Assembly: GCF_040938485.1 (NCBI RefSeq)
Contig: NW_027270925.1
Coordinates: forward strand, 496,001 to 560,000
DNA: 64,000 nucleotides
Reading direction: 5' to 3'
DNA from: Diadema antillarum
Lineage: Eukaryota
A program made the position numbers and the translations under genes. Of the stretch, positions 36,085 to 48,066 are shown piece after piece (position 1 is the stretch's first letter; each line of letters opens with the position of its first letter). A model generated the notes under the pieces. The model saw nothing but the letters and a program-made list of their open reading frames with translations. It was not told the origin of the DNA and ran no database searches.

Positions 36085-36429
36085 TAAAAAACAAAAATTA
36101 CTATTCAAGTACGTTGAGCTCCTGGACATGTCTGCACCAGTAGCTATGGGAAATATGATAACGAATTATTAGTTGTATATTCAAGTTTTGTGGTTTGATG
36201 AGTTTCAGACAGTCTGCCATTTTTCATAATAGATGGGCTCTCTCAGCCATACAACCAGCAATTTAGAACAAATTAAATTTTTTTTTTTCATTGCATACTG
36301 TATAATTATGACTGAAGGTAGATGATTCTGTTTGTCTTTTTTCATGCCATTCACCCTTGCACAACCTTGTTAATGTTAGGAATGTCTGCAGATCTAATGA
36401 GAGATCCATCATTGATTCCATTTCCTCAG

Positions 36430-36496
36430 AGACACCAAAGATCATGAAGAGGAAAGCTAGCGAGGATCTTGGTGGTTCAGTTCTATCTAGCAAGAG
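36430..36496 (+). CDS. ARHGAP11A: RhoGAP exon 6 (ETPKIMKRKASEDLGGSVLSSKR)
   Basis: TTTCCTCAG acceptor is the only nearby one that keeps frame; GTGAGA donor; phase 1 to 2. TP..KR..SSKR pattern as in ARHGAP11A. Confidence 0.7.
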
Positions 36497-37392
36497 GTGA
36501 GATGTTCCTCAGGGGAGAGTTGCTATCATTATATTCCAATGGATCAACACTGTGTTGATATTACAAGGTGCTTCCATTACAAAAAACATGGTTTCACAGA
36601 AATTTTGCTAGAACAAAGTAAAAATTCAGGTCCCTATATCATTAATTTTCATAAAGGTCAATAGTGCAAAATTCCCTTTGATTATAAAGAAATTTCAATA
36701 GGACAAAAGAAACTGCTGGTCCTGTCAGTGTTCTGTCTGACTGATGATGTCGGCGATGATGATGATTATTAATATTGTCATCATCATAATCATCATCATC
36801 AACGTTATTATTATCACTATGCTATAATATATTACCAGTGTTGATCTTCCTAATGGGAGAGCTGGTATCATAAACTCCAGTGCATGTACACTGTGGCCAA
36901 AAAGTATTGTCATGGCTCAACTGTAATCACTTCACCAAGGTTTGTGAATGCCATCACTGGTCTTAGAAATAGACATGCCTGAGACGAGTTGCACTGCTTC
37001 ATAGCCACAACCCATTTGTGTACATCAGTTGGTTGAAAAAAAAAAATATAGTCATAATGTATTTATTTTTAGAACAGCAATCCATTAATGCAAGTATCAC
37101 TGACATCAAAATTGTTATTACTTCCTGATTTCAGATGTTGACTTCTGCCTTTTGTAATAGCCAGTCCTTATATATAATCATTCTTGTAAGCCTTGTGTAT
37201 TACCAGAAACTCTCATCAAATGGAGATAATAAGATATGAACTACATATTCACGTTGTCCAATTTCATCAGACATAACATTTGAGCACCTTTTTCAGTATG
37301 CAATTATCTGAGGTAATTCTATGTGGTCATGGATCTTATGTTGTTATCCTACTGACATACCACTTTTGCGGTCAACTCTTTGCATTTTCCAG

Positions 37393-37529
37393 AAAAGCAA
37401 TGTTGCATAAGATGACGGTGGATCCCCAGTTCAGCAAGCCAGGCCTTCATCTCCACAAGTCCCAGCCGCAGGGCTCCGGGACACCTGTCACACCCCTCCA
37501 GCCAGCCAGACCAGCCCTGGGAGAGACAG
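37393..37529 (+). CDS. ARHGAP11A: RhoGAP exon 7
   Basis: TTTTCCAG acceptor; open frame RKAMLHK...LGET; phase 2 to 1; weak GTACAG donor. Confidence 0.72.
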
Positions 37530-38007
37530 GTACAGTCCACCCCCTGGGGTCGGCTCCTCATGGATTCACCATGGCATTAATTATCACATTACATCATGCA
37601 TAATCTCTTTCAACTCTGAAATATTTTTAACAACATGTTGAGAAATGTTTACATAATTTTGACATACAGTGTATCTACTCTTTATGGAGAAAATGTTGAT
37701 ATAGGAAGACAAATTCTTACTCTACCTCTTGATTTCTTCAATTTTTTTTTTCAATGACTTAGAAAGAAGCTTGAAAGAGATAACTGTGTCAAAGCAGTAG
37801 ATTTTACATCATTTGAGTTAAGATATTGATAATGAATATACATATGTATTGGAATATATACCTTGCACGTATGTATCCTCCATGTACTGTACATGTATAT
37901 GTCCATCACAAATCAAACTACAAGTTTATACTGATGTAATTTAAATTGCATCAAATACGATTTTACTTATTTCTCAATTAACTTTTATCATTTTGTGATT
38001 GACTCAG

Positions 38008-38209
38008 ATGCCATCACTGCAGACGGGGAGACCCTCTTCCGCTTTGGAACGCCCTCCATTGTCTACGCCGACGACTCGTTTGCGGGACACACTCCAAGCA
38101 GACTGGCCATGAGTGAGATGATTGGCTCAAAGGGTGGTGACCACTGGCAGGAGACGCCAAAGAGCAAGCTGAGAAAATTCAAGGAACTCAGTGCGAAGAA
38201 GCTGAAAAG
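38008..38209 (+). CDS. ARHGAP11A: RhoGAP exon 8
   Basis: DAITADGETLFRFGTP...SAKKLKR; phase 1 to 2. Confidence 0.75.
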
Positions 38210-38978
38210 GTACACTTCCCACACAGTTGGACCTGGAATACTGGTCATTAATGATTATATGAGGTCAAACCTCATATCACCATTTGGCAAGTAAATAGAA
38301 AGCAGCATCTGTAAGAAAGCTCTTTTATCTTGTCATAGTTTGGGTAGTTTTTAGTTTTGTATGAAAACCTTCTGAAAATTAAACTGTGTGTTTCTTTCGG
38401 AAAGGTGCATTTGACTCTGCCAAACACTTTATGCTATATGTTGTGGTAAGATTCTCCACAAAAAAAGAAAAATGATAACTAATACCTGTGGCTTGACACA
38501 TAACATATTGACAGTCATTTGACCCAATGATGTTTGGAAGGCAATAGTGAAATCACAGAATTTTCAGCCTGTCAGCCTGAAATTCTCTTGACTGGCATTA
38601 GCTTTAGTTTTCAATGTAAACTGGACACAGTTAAGTGATATCAACTATAACAATTTGAAGGAGGGGAAAGAGCTTTTTGATATTGATGGTTTTAAATTCA
38701 AGTGCCATATTTGAAAGCTGTATAAATTTCCACATCTGTTATGAAGCTCATGAAAAGTATCTTGATCCACTGAGACAGGAGAATTTGCTGATTCACTTAT
38801 TACACGTCTAGTGTATTGTAGAGTATTGTCTATTTTTCCTCCATGTAGAAGGGGAAAATGCAGCATAGTTGTAGGGAGCTGACATGGACACAGTTTTGAT
38901 GGTGATTATAGCCTATTTGCTCAGAAAAATTAGCACCACCAAAGCCTCATATTCTTTTGTTTCCTTTTAACTTTTCAG

Positions 38979-39042
38979 GAGGTCCATTGTACAAAGTTTT
39001 GAGGAAGGCTCTTCTGTTTCAAAGTCTTCAAAGGGAAGCAAG
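38979..39042 (+). CDS. ARHGAP11A: RhoGAP exon 9 (RRSIVQSFEEGSSVSKSSKGSK)
   Basis: CTTTTCAG acceptor and GTAAGA donor; phase 2 to 0. Confidence 0.75.
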
Positions 39043-40267
39043 GTAAGAAACATAGTACAATATTTAGTAACTAATGTCATCAACTCATCATCTTTAGAGC
39101 TGGGATCACCCAGAATATAATTATTCTGCTTTTTAATAGGTAACGTTTGAAGTTATCTCACAAAAATATAGAATGAAATAAGACAGTGCACAGCAAAAAC
39201 CAAACCAAACCAAGAGAGTTTATCATTCATACACTTCAGTAATGCATGACACTCAATCCAGCCACTCAGACTGACATGCTCCAGAAACAGCCAGTAGACA
39301 CCATTTATTAGATAACCAATGAATTCCCCGAAACCTCATTGCCGTGGGTAGGTACTTCTGTACTGTTTTGACCTAATGTGTCCTCGACTCCTGTGCATGC
39401 GCAGTATCTGTTCAGATCGAGTACAAAGAATCTCTGTCAATCATATGCTCTCTTTGTTCATATTGAATTTATTTGTTTTCGTAAAATCACTTATATTTGC
39501 TAAATTCAAAAATTATTCTCAAATTGCCAGGTTATTGGTATTTAAAACCTTGTAGAAATTTAAGTTCCTGACATTTCTTTCTCAAATTGGGAAACTTTTC
39601 CAGTTTTGTGTAGAATAAATAGATTTAACCAGTTCTATACAATCTATCTCATTCGTCAGATATGCATTAATATTCAGAGGAGCCAATTTGATGACGACAT
39701 GGTGATAATCCCTGCAGCCAAAGTCCCTCACGACCTGATGGGATGAGATGATAGTCCGTTCTTGATCTCTTTCAAATACCATTTATCATGACAGTATGCT
39801 TCGTCTCATATCTCCTAAATGATTGTTTTTATCTCTCGCAATGATTATTGATACCAAAACCACTCTGAAATTCATTGGAAAAAAAAAAAACAAACAAACA
39901 AACTGAAGCTGAAATCTGGTATGATGCCATCACAGCAATGAATCCTCATTTGAGCTGTCACAAAACTTGAATCAGTTTTTGAGCTAAAACTTGAATCAGT
40001 CCCATACCCAAACACAAATCTTGGTCTAGTTGAAGTGAGGACAAAGTATGACAGCAACATGATTACAACAGCAGCCACCATGGCAACAACCAATTAGTTT
40101 TGAGTTTCTGTTTTATTGTAAGATGTTGTTATGGTAACTATTTTAAGGAGCTATGGACTGATTCTTTGTGTTTATTGCAACCATTGAGAATCTAATATTG
40201 AACATACTTGTAGCCCAACTGATGTGCAAGTGTGTGACTTTACATTTGATGATTTGATACATTTCAG

Positions 40268-42991
40268 ACCCCACTGTGCAAGAAAAAGGACACCAAAGAT
40301 GTTGGATGGAGGCTGGCCAACGCTTCCCCACCAGAAGGTGCCCTCGACACCATGAAGCTCTTTGAGGCGCCAGTGCGACCAAGTCCAGACTTCAGCAGCC
40401 CATCACGGCAGCGCAGACACGTCAAGGCCCCCAGCTCACCGGCCCGGCTCCTCACTGGGGCATCCCCTGACCTTCCCCAGCCCTGCGAGAAGCGAAATGT
40501 GGAGGGGTGGAAGGAGGCACACACACCCGTGCGTCAGGGAGCGATAAGGTTCTCGGCAGGGGAATCCCCCAGGGTTCTCATTGTGGATATGCATGACGGC
40601 CAGGCCCAATCCCCGAAGGTTGTTGTGGTGGACACCCACTCGGCTAAGGGGGAAGACCTCACCGAAGAGTATATCAAGAACCAGCAGGTACACACCTCCC
40701 ACTTGATCGGCAGGCAGCTGGGAAAAGAGCGAATCAGTCCGTCAGTGACAGTGTTGCAGAGCACCAGGGAAAAAATTAGGGCTGCAGAAAGTGTCTACAC
40801 CACTCTTGACTCTGATGATACATTGGAAGCCAAGAGGGGTCCTGGGATGGCTAACTTGCAGGCATCTTCCATGGACAAAGAGCAGACAGCAGGAGCAACA
40901 GGAAAGCCACTGATGCAGTCAGTGAGTCAGGTTAGCCTGTCCAGTGTCTTGTCTGGCATCAGCAGCTGCAGCCAGAAATCAGAGTTCAGTCAGTTTGGGG
41001 TTGAAGCACTTGCATCATCGGAGAACCAGCAACAGGCCCCATACCTAGAAACTGCCATTGGCTATCCATGTGTTGTTGAGTGTGTAGATGCAACAATCAG
41101 ACCACAAGAAGATCCTGTCAGGCAAGACCAGGATGGCATACAGGATGTGGACACTAAGCACTCTTTTAAAACAGCAGTGGCCTGTGGTAGTACCCCTGGG
41201 AATGCCTCTGATGGGATGTGCAGTGCAAATGCTGAACCGATTTGTACTTCTGGGAAGAGTGACTTTGGCAGTGGCCAGGAAGAAGGTGTCCAGGAGATGA
41301 TAAGAACTGTGAAAGATTCCAGCAGTCCACCAAACCGAAATGAAGTGGGTTTGGGAGATTCCGTCACTGCTCCTGCATTTGGGAAGCTCTCCAAGTCTGA
41401 GTCTCAAGACAGTGGCAAGGGATGTTCCATGGAGGATCTCAATGAAGTAGAAGGTGATAAACACTCAGTGAATTCAGGTTGCCAAGCCCAAACCATTGTG
41501 ACAGAGGAAGTGGATGTTGGCATTGGGGTTGGAGAGGGTGAGACCGGAGACGTAGAAGATGGAGATGTATGCAAGAGGGGAGAGTCCAATGACTGTGCAG
41601 AAATAGTTGGCAAACTACAAGTTGAGGATGAAGGGATTAGTAAAGGAGACTTTACTGCACATTGTGGTGATTCCAGCGGTGCAAATCCACCAGAAGAGCA
41701 AAGCAGCTGTGGGGAGTTGCTTGATATTGAGATGGATAAAGAAGAGACTAAGATGGGAAGTTCATTTGCTGATTCCTCAATAGGACAGGATCATGGTGGT
41801 AGGGACCAGGACATCTTTAAGATTCCTGGGAGCTGTGCCAACAAAGCTAAGGACAAAGATGTGTATGACATTGTTGAAGCTCTAAGATCTGACTTGAAGA
41901 AAGCTCCGAGCCAGTCGCAGACATTGGTAGTGGCTGGAGACCTGCCAGCGTGGAAGGGCAAGCATAACGCTAGCATTGTCAAGGCCAACATCAAGCTGTT
42001 CAATTCCATCTCGGCGAGCCATCAAGAAGTGGACTCCATTTCGAGGGGCGTGGAGAGAAAGCCCCGAACCAGAGGAGGCAGTCAGAGGGAACCGACAATC
42101 CATCCCGCACCCCGTACTCCGCTGACCAAATCAACCAGCATGGACAGCGGCATATGCAATGTCACCGCTACCATGGCGAAGGACTTGAGGAGGAGAGACA
42201 TGAATGACTCCTTCCTGGCAGCTGTAGGAGGAGAACCCAACAAGAAGACAGTATCATCCTCTGCCTCAATGGAGGACATCTCCACACCAAAGCAGACTAG
42301 GAGTGGCTCTTCCAGGGCTGGTGGGAAATCTCGCTACCCAATTCGTGGGTCACAGTCAATGCAGGACATCAGCACACCCACACATGAGTGCCAGTCCTTG
42401 ACTCGACGCTCTGAGAGAAATACCAAGGTTGCACCAGACACATCAGTCGATAAGAAAGGGGCAGATCTTGCATCGATTCCAAAGAAAGCTGATGAGCTTA
42501 CCACACCACGATCCATTAAACGTCGCCGGCCTGTCTCACAGAAGCAGAGGGCAGCCTTCTTGGAGAGGGAGTCTTTTGCCAAACTACAGAGGCAAAAGTC
42601 CTTTGACACAGGGGAGGGCGAGGCCGTCACTCCACCAGTCAAGCCCCTGGGTGACAACAACTCTCCTCAGCTGGGTCGGCCCAGACGACCCGCACCGCTC
42701 GATCCTCGCAGAGCCACCCCACTCACTCCAGTGCACTTGGCCCAGAGGACAAGGATTCGCGGTCAGGGTGGCAGGAAGGCGGTCATCAAGCACAGATCTC
42801 CTGTGAAGCCGGTCAAGCGGCTGGGAAAGTCTCCCTCCCCTGCCAGGTCCAGACACACCCCGGAGCGTGAGAACAGGACCCCAAAGCAGTACCCGAGGTC
42901 TCCTCGAAACCCTCTGACGCTCTCCTCACCGCAGACTAGAAGGTCCAAAAGTTCTGTGCCTGTCCATGTCAGAGAAGAATGGGAGTTGTAA
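40268..42991 (+). CDS. ARHGAP11A: RhoGAP terminal exon (907 aa, largely low-complexity tail)
   Basis: ATTTCAG acceptor in phase 0 leads in frame into the 879-aa ORF ending at TAA. The ten exons sum to 4146 nt = 1381 aa plus stop. Confidence 0.88.
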   Translation, partial: TPLCKKKDTKDVGWRLANASPPEGALDTMKLFEAPVRPSPDFSSPSRQRRHVKAPSSPARLLTGASPDLPQPCEKRNVEGWKEAHTPVRQGAIRFSAGESPRVLIVDMHDGQAQSPKVVVVDTHSAKGEDLTEEYIKNQQVHTSHLIGRQLGKERISPSVTVLQSTREKIRAAESVYTTLDSDDTLEAKRGPGMANLQASSMDKEQTAGATGKPLMQSVSQVSLSSVLSGISSCSQKSEFSQFGVEALASSENQQQAPYLETAIGYPCVVECVDATIRPQEDPVRQDQDGIQDVDTKHSFKTAVACGSTPGNASDGMCSANAEPICTSGKSDFGSGQEEGVQEMIRTVKDSSSPPNRNEVGLGDSVTAPAFGKLSKSESQDSGKGCSMEDLNEVEGDKHSVNSGCQAQTIVTEEVDVGIGVGEGETGDVEDGDVCKRGESNDCAEIVGKLQVEDEGISKGDFTAHCGDSSGANPPEEQSSCGELLDIEMDKEETKMGSSFADSSIGQDHGGRDQDIFKIPGSCANKAKDKDVYDIVEALRSDLKKAPSQSQTLVVAGDLPAWKGKHNASIVKANIKLFNSISASHQEVDSISRGVERKPRTRGGSQREPTIHPAPRTPLTKSTSMDSGICNVTATMAKDLRRRDMNDSFLAAVGGEPNKKTVSSSASMEDISTPKQTRSGSSRAGGKSRYPIRGSQSMQDISTPTHECQSLTRRSERNTKVAPDTSVDKKGADLASIPKKADELTTPRSIKRRRPVSQKQRAAFLERESFAKLQRQKSFDTGEGEAVTPPVKPLGDNNSPQLGRPRRPAPLDPRRATPLTPVHLAQRTRIRGQGGRKAVIKHRSPVKPVKRLGKSPSPARSRHTPERENRTPKQYPRSPRNPLTLSSPQTRRSKSSVPVHVREEWEL

Positions 42992-45700
42992 ACATGGAGC
43001 TGATCAGATGAAATAGAATTTGAACTGGTATCAATCTTTTTATTTTCCTGTAGGCATATGAGGAGATGATATACATGTTGAGTTTTGTACATTTTGGAAT
43101 GATCATTCCAAACTCAGAGTGATTTTTTTTTTTCTGTTATCTCATCCTTTCTCTGTCTCTTCAGTTCAAGAGCTATACGGCCATATTTTAAAGTGATTTA
43201 TGAGATAGTACAATTTGTATTCCATTGGAGTTTGTTACTTTGGTGTCTTAAAGCAAGATGTGATCTTCACTGAATGTCTTTGTGTTTGTTGTGGAATTAT
43301 GTCTGCTTTCTGTTTAAGATAAAGTCTCTTATAACTCATGCTTGCCTTTTACCTTCATTTCATCGCTCATTCCCTGGGCTGGTGGAGATCAAAGTCCATG
43401 TCACTTTTCTTCTGTCATACACACTAGTTGTCTTCATTGTCTTCTTCATCTATCTTAAGTAAAATCTGTTATTACCAGCAGCATAATGTCTGTAGCAAGG
43501 GTATTTTAGACCATAGTCCGGAGATGGTGAAATTACTGTGCTCATCAAACTCATACAAAGACACTAGGGTGGTTGATGTGTGCAATTCCCTGCCTTAAAC
43601 TTCAAGAACTTTGCTATGATGATCTGTCTTTGACCGTGTGAGTTGACAAGACCAATACAAGTGAGCATGTACTGTGACTCAAGTCCGCAAAGGCAGTCAT
43701 CAAACCTGTCTGAGTTGTCTCTTCCGAGCTTTATATTGTGATGACATCTGTACATACATGTATGCTGGTAAAGTATCTTTCATACTTGAGACCAAGCTGT
43801 TTCACACTTGAGACCAAGCTGTTTCACACTGGACAGGTAAACCAAAAACAGGAAAATTGAACTCTCATTGAGAGGAGTGTCATAAGATTAAAGGTATTAA
43901 CCCCATTGTGTATAGCCTTGTAATATTGGTGCAGTATTGTCCTTATATAATGTTGGGACCAAGTAGTGGGTATTAAAGAAGTTCCATGAATTTCATTTGG
44001 TCTTCAAGTAGTTCTACCTGTGTAATCTGGTTTCCTCAGCTGGGAATTTAATGTTACAAGTAATATATTTGTATTTAATGTAAATACATGTATGATAATT
44101 GTCAGGAACTCAGACCATTTCTTTCTGAATTGAATAAATATGACAGAATGCAAGGAGTCAATATTTGTAAGACTCCAAAGAAGGGTTCATTATACGCTTT
44201 GTCCCACAGTGTGTGTGTGTGTGTGCTTGTTTTCACATCTTTTGATTGAAATAATCATCCACGTACTGTTAGAATATGATGAGTGTGTGATGTGTAATTT
44301 GCTTGTAGAAAAGGTAATCAGGTGTTGTAATATGAGCTTGAAGTAAGCCACGATATTAACTTGATGCAGACAAATAACAGTAAATATTTTTGTACATTAC
44401 AATGTACCTTGTCCCAAAATCTGCTTTTAGATAGCAATTATATGTGCTAACAAGTTTGCCTACATTTATTTTCCGTTCTTTCTTCAAATAATAAAGTCAT
44501 ATTTAGTGTGTAATATAACAATGACTGTACTATTCTAAATCAAGAACTTATAATGGAGGCCAACTTACTGGTGCTAACTCTTTCCCCTATAAATTGTAAT
44601 AACATAACAACAGTACTACACTTTAACGTAATGTGATATAGCAATTTTGATACTCGTAAAGCATGAAATTGTCAGTAGATCAATTTCTTTTTGATGTATG
44701 TCAGTTTACCGTAATATTTCATAACACCTAAGATGTGAAGTTAAGCGATAATCTGATTTAATGTGTACAGCATTGTTGTTGTTTTTAAAGCTCTTTGACA
44801 GTTTCTAGTCCCATTGGCAACATGTTTGTAGACAAGAAGTCAATAGAATTTAGGCTGGAGGTCCCGGGAATCTAAAGAGTATGATAATGCTTGTCATTAC
44901 TTTATGGATGTTGTATTATGAAAACTACATCAAATCCTCAAGATGTTTAACTCAGATATGTATATGCGTAAGGTTATTTTTGAGGGATTTTAACAAAGCA
45001 ATTAACGGATTGGACAATAGAGACACTATTATTTAGAATTAACATCTATTCAATTCAAATGAATGTTGTACAAAACATTCTGAAGGAATTTATTTATTTT
45101 CATTCCCTGTTACACATGTAGTCTATCAGTCTAGTCTAATTAAAGCTGCCAAGAAGATACACGTAGCTGCATGGATTGTAAATCAATGGACATTACAGAT
45201 ATTCAGTAATGTTTTTTGTATGTGATTGTAATCTAACCATCTGAAGGATTGGTCATCCCCCCCCCCCCCCATGCACTCAGTATGTCAGTTATATATTTTT
45301 CTGTCTTGTTGAACAATAACATGATATAATATGATATTATATATTAATTGCCAATCTACTGCTTTGCTGACACAAAATGTGTGGTAAACATACAACAATT
45401 GTAATTGTACTGGCATTTGAAGTCCTGGTGTTTGTGTTATCTCCACATGTTTTATCATATTTACACATCAAGTAGTAATGGAAACGTTAATTAGTGTAAT
45501 CCTTGTGTGAGAGAGATCTTGAAAGACCTGTAGTTTGCACCCTGCCAAAACCTGCCCCCCACCCCTAATATTGTACTTTACTCTTTTTGGTTAACTCTCT
45601 TATGTTGTTTGATGTGAAAAATCAAGCATTTGTGCATCAAAATACATGTACAGCCTTTTCTCTTCACAACTGTGGCACTGTAAGTGGACATGTGGTAAAG

Positions 45701-45957
45701 CAGGGCTGTACACTTACCTATTTTTCCCCACTGGTCTGACAGGGACAGGTCGGACCAGTAGTTACCCATTTTCTCCATATTTACTGGTCCAAATTTACTG
45801 GTCATGTTCATTTTTTTTTTTTTTTTGACTGTCCCCGACAATGTTTTTTCACCCGTCATGTTGAACCAATAAATTTGGCAATTCCTGAAAAGTTACTGGC
45901 ATGACAGTGACTTTAACCAGTCTGGGACCATCGGACCAGTGCCAGTGTTAAGCGTTG
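45701..45957 (+). mobile_element. CAGGGCTG/GCGTTG MITE with GGACCAGT repeats, copy 1
   Basis: Flanked by GGTAAAG/GGTAAAG; second copy at 59607-59793. Confidence 0.72.
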
Positions 45958-46033
45958 GGTAAAGTATTATGATAGATAGTAGTAGTCTTTTCCATTGTAG
46001 TTTGCAGTGACTCTCACTTGTCCTTTTGGAATG

Positions 46034-46204
46034 CAGTGGACTCCTGTTATAACGAAATCCTCAGGACCAGCAATTTTCTATCGTTATATCAAAATTTTGT
46101 TATAACCAACTAAATAAATGATAAAAATACATTGAGTGGATAATGTTGCAGCCTGAATTTTTACTTTGTTGTAACCAGAATTTCGTTATAACGGGAGTGC
46201 ACTG
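46034..46204. mobile_element. pogo/Tigger-like MITE
   Basis: CAGTGGACTCCTGTTATAACGAAAT ... ATTTCGTTATAACGGGAGTGCACTG|TA. Confidence 0.75.
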
Positions 46205-47836
46205 TATGCTATTCTCTTCCGTGGCCAAACCTTTATGTGTCAATCTCCTATATGGTGCAATACTTTAAAGTTTACCGGCATCACTTGATCCTGGGAAATG
46301 CATTTTTTTTTTACCCCCTTTTTTTTAAAATGTGGTTTAGGTTTAGATTTTTGTCCGATTCTGGTATGTTGTGCAGACATTGTTAGTACAGTATGCAGTG
46401 CAAGGAAACATGTTCTAAGGGCAAGTGTAGATGATGTAAAGTAGAAAAATGTTTTTTTGGACACATATCAGTTGGTCGTTTGAAATATTTTGATGGGAGA
46501 GGCACTGTTTGATGTGATAGGGATTATAAGTGTGTGTACAAAGATTCTTGGGTTGAGTTTTGTACAATTTGTGTGTTTTTGATTTTGTTTTCAATTTTCA
46601 CATGTCATATATCATGTATTCACTGGTTTGCAAGGTCAAAATTTGCAATAATGTATACTATAGGCCTCTCTAGTTCATGCCAGGCCTTAAGTAGTGCAGC
46701 AACTGAAGTTGGGTCTAAATATTGGAATGGCAGCAGCACTGATATCAGTACCTGAACAGGGAACAAAATGTTTTTTAAGATGAGGCAATAAAAAAGGAAT
46801 GTCACGTAACCTGAATTGAGATGAAGTAGATATACATTGTACAGTGTAGTTCATTTCATCAAAGGTTGTTGAGGTAAATGTGAACTGGGAAAAGCACTGT
46901 TTCCAGATGTATTTTGTTTTTTTCTAGCATTCCAATCAAATGCCTGTAATACCCGTAATTGGACAATTGCATTGACACAGAAATGTGGATAGAGTATTTT
47001 GGGTACATTGGACAAAAAAAGAAGATGTAATTTGAATACATGTGTATTTACCTACAAATGCCTCTTGCATATCTTTTAAACCGGGTATATTACTTTAATA
47101 TTAGTACACTTTCTGCTAGTTTTAATGACATGTGGAAATAGCATCTTCTCCATTTACATATCCATAATGTGTTTGCTTTCATGTTGGTGAATGTTGGTTT
47201 TTGCTGGTGCAAATTGTGAAAAAGAAATTTCAGTGATAATCCTTTCACATACTCATGGCTAAGTGTATACAACTTTCTATATGCTACTCCAGTATTTCCC
47301 ATAACTATTCCATGCTGTTCTAGGCAGGAGAGCAGTGTCATTCATCATACATTCCTATTGTCAGAGGCCCTTCAAATCCCCTATTTGCAAATGTAGTGGG
47401 AATTATACAAGTCTGATGTATCTTGTATGATATAACTGGTGTACCCATACAATGTCCTGTTTTTGTCTGTTTCACTTATGTGTATCACTGTCCTAATTTT
47501 CAACAATTTGTCAAGACGATTATCTTGAGTAATTCTATTATTTTTTCCTTTGCTGTGTATGTTACATCTGCTAGATATAATAAAGATACTACGGAGTAAT
47601 TTGAAATACATGTATGAGTACCCAATGTCCATTTTATTCCTGTGGTATGAAAGAGCTGTGAAGTCATTCTAGTCAGTACAATGTACATGTAATACACATG
47701 CTTTCAAGATATACAATTAGCCTTACACCTGTACTATTACATATTTGTTGTGAACTTAATCTAGTACATATGTACCTATAGTGAACTTCAAGCATGAACT
47801 TGATACATTGAACTTCATGCTCAAATACAAGTGTTT

Positions 47837-47837
47837 A

Positions 47838-47876
<39 letters not shown>

Positions 47877-48013
47877 GTGTGTGTGTGTTATTCATTACAC
47901 ACATACTGGTGTTGACATATACCTATAGTGCATTGACTTCACGCTCAAATAAAAAGTGTTTATACATATGTACATGTATGTATGTTTGTATGTATATGTA
48001 TGTATATAATATG

Positions 48014-48063
<50 letters not shown>
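47837..48063. repeat. Compound (TA)n/(TG)n microsatellite region
   Basis: Direct reading of the sequence. Confidence 0.85.

Positions 48064-48066
<3 letters not shown>

Noticed and set aside
36379-36429. Upstream acceptors (36379, 36391) for RhoGAP exon 6
   Set aside because: In the required phase 1 they hit TGA at 36445; only the 36429 acceptor keeps frame.
39582-39782. Possible very old LINE RT fragment (VRDFGC resembling VRDLGV)
   Set aside because: Similarity is limited to a few residues and cannot be supported without a search.
40143-43092. Numerous overlapping or antisense ORFs across the RhoGAP last exon (also 33454-34096)
   Set aside because: Expected shadows of a long GC-richer CDS.
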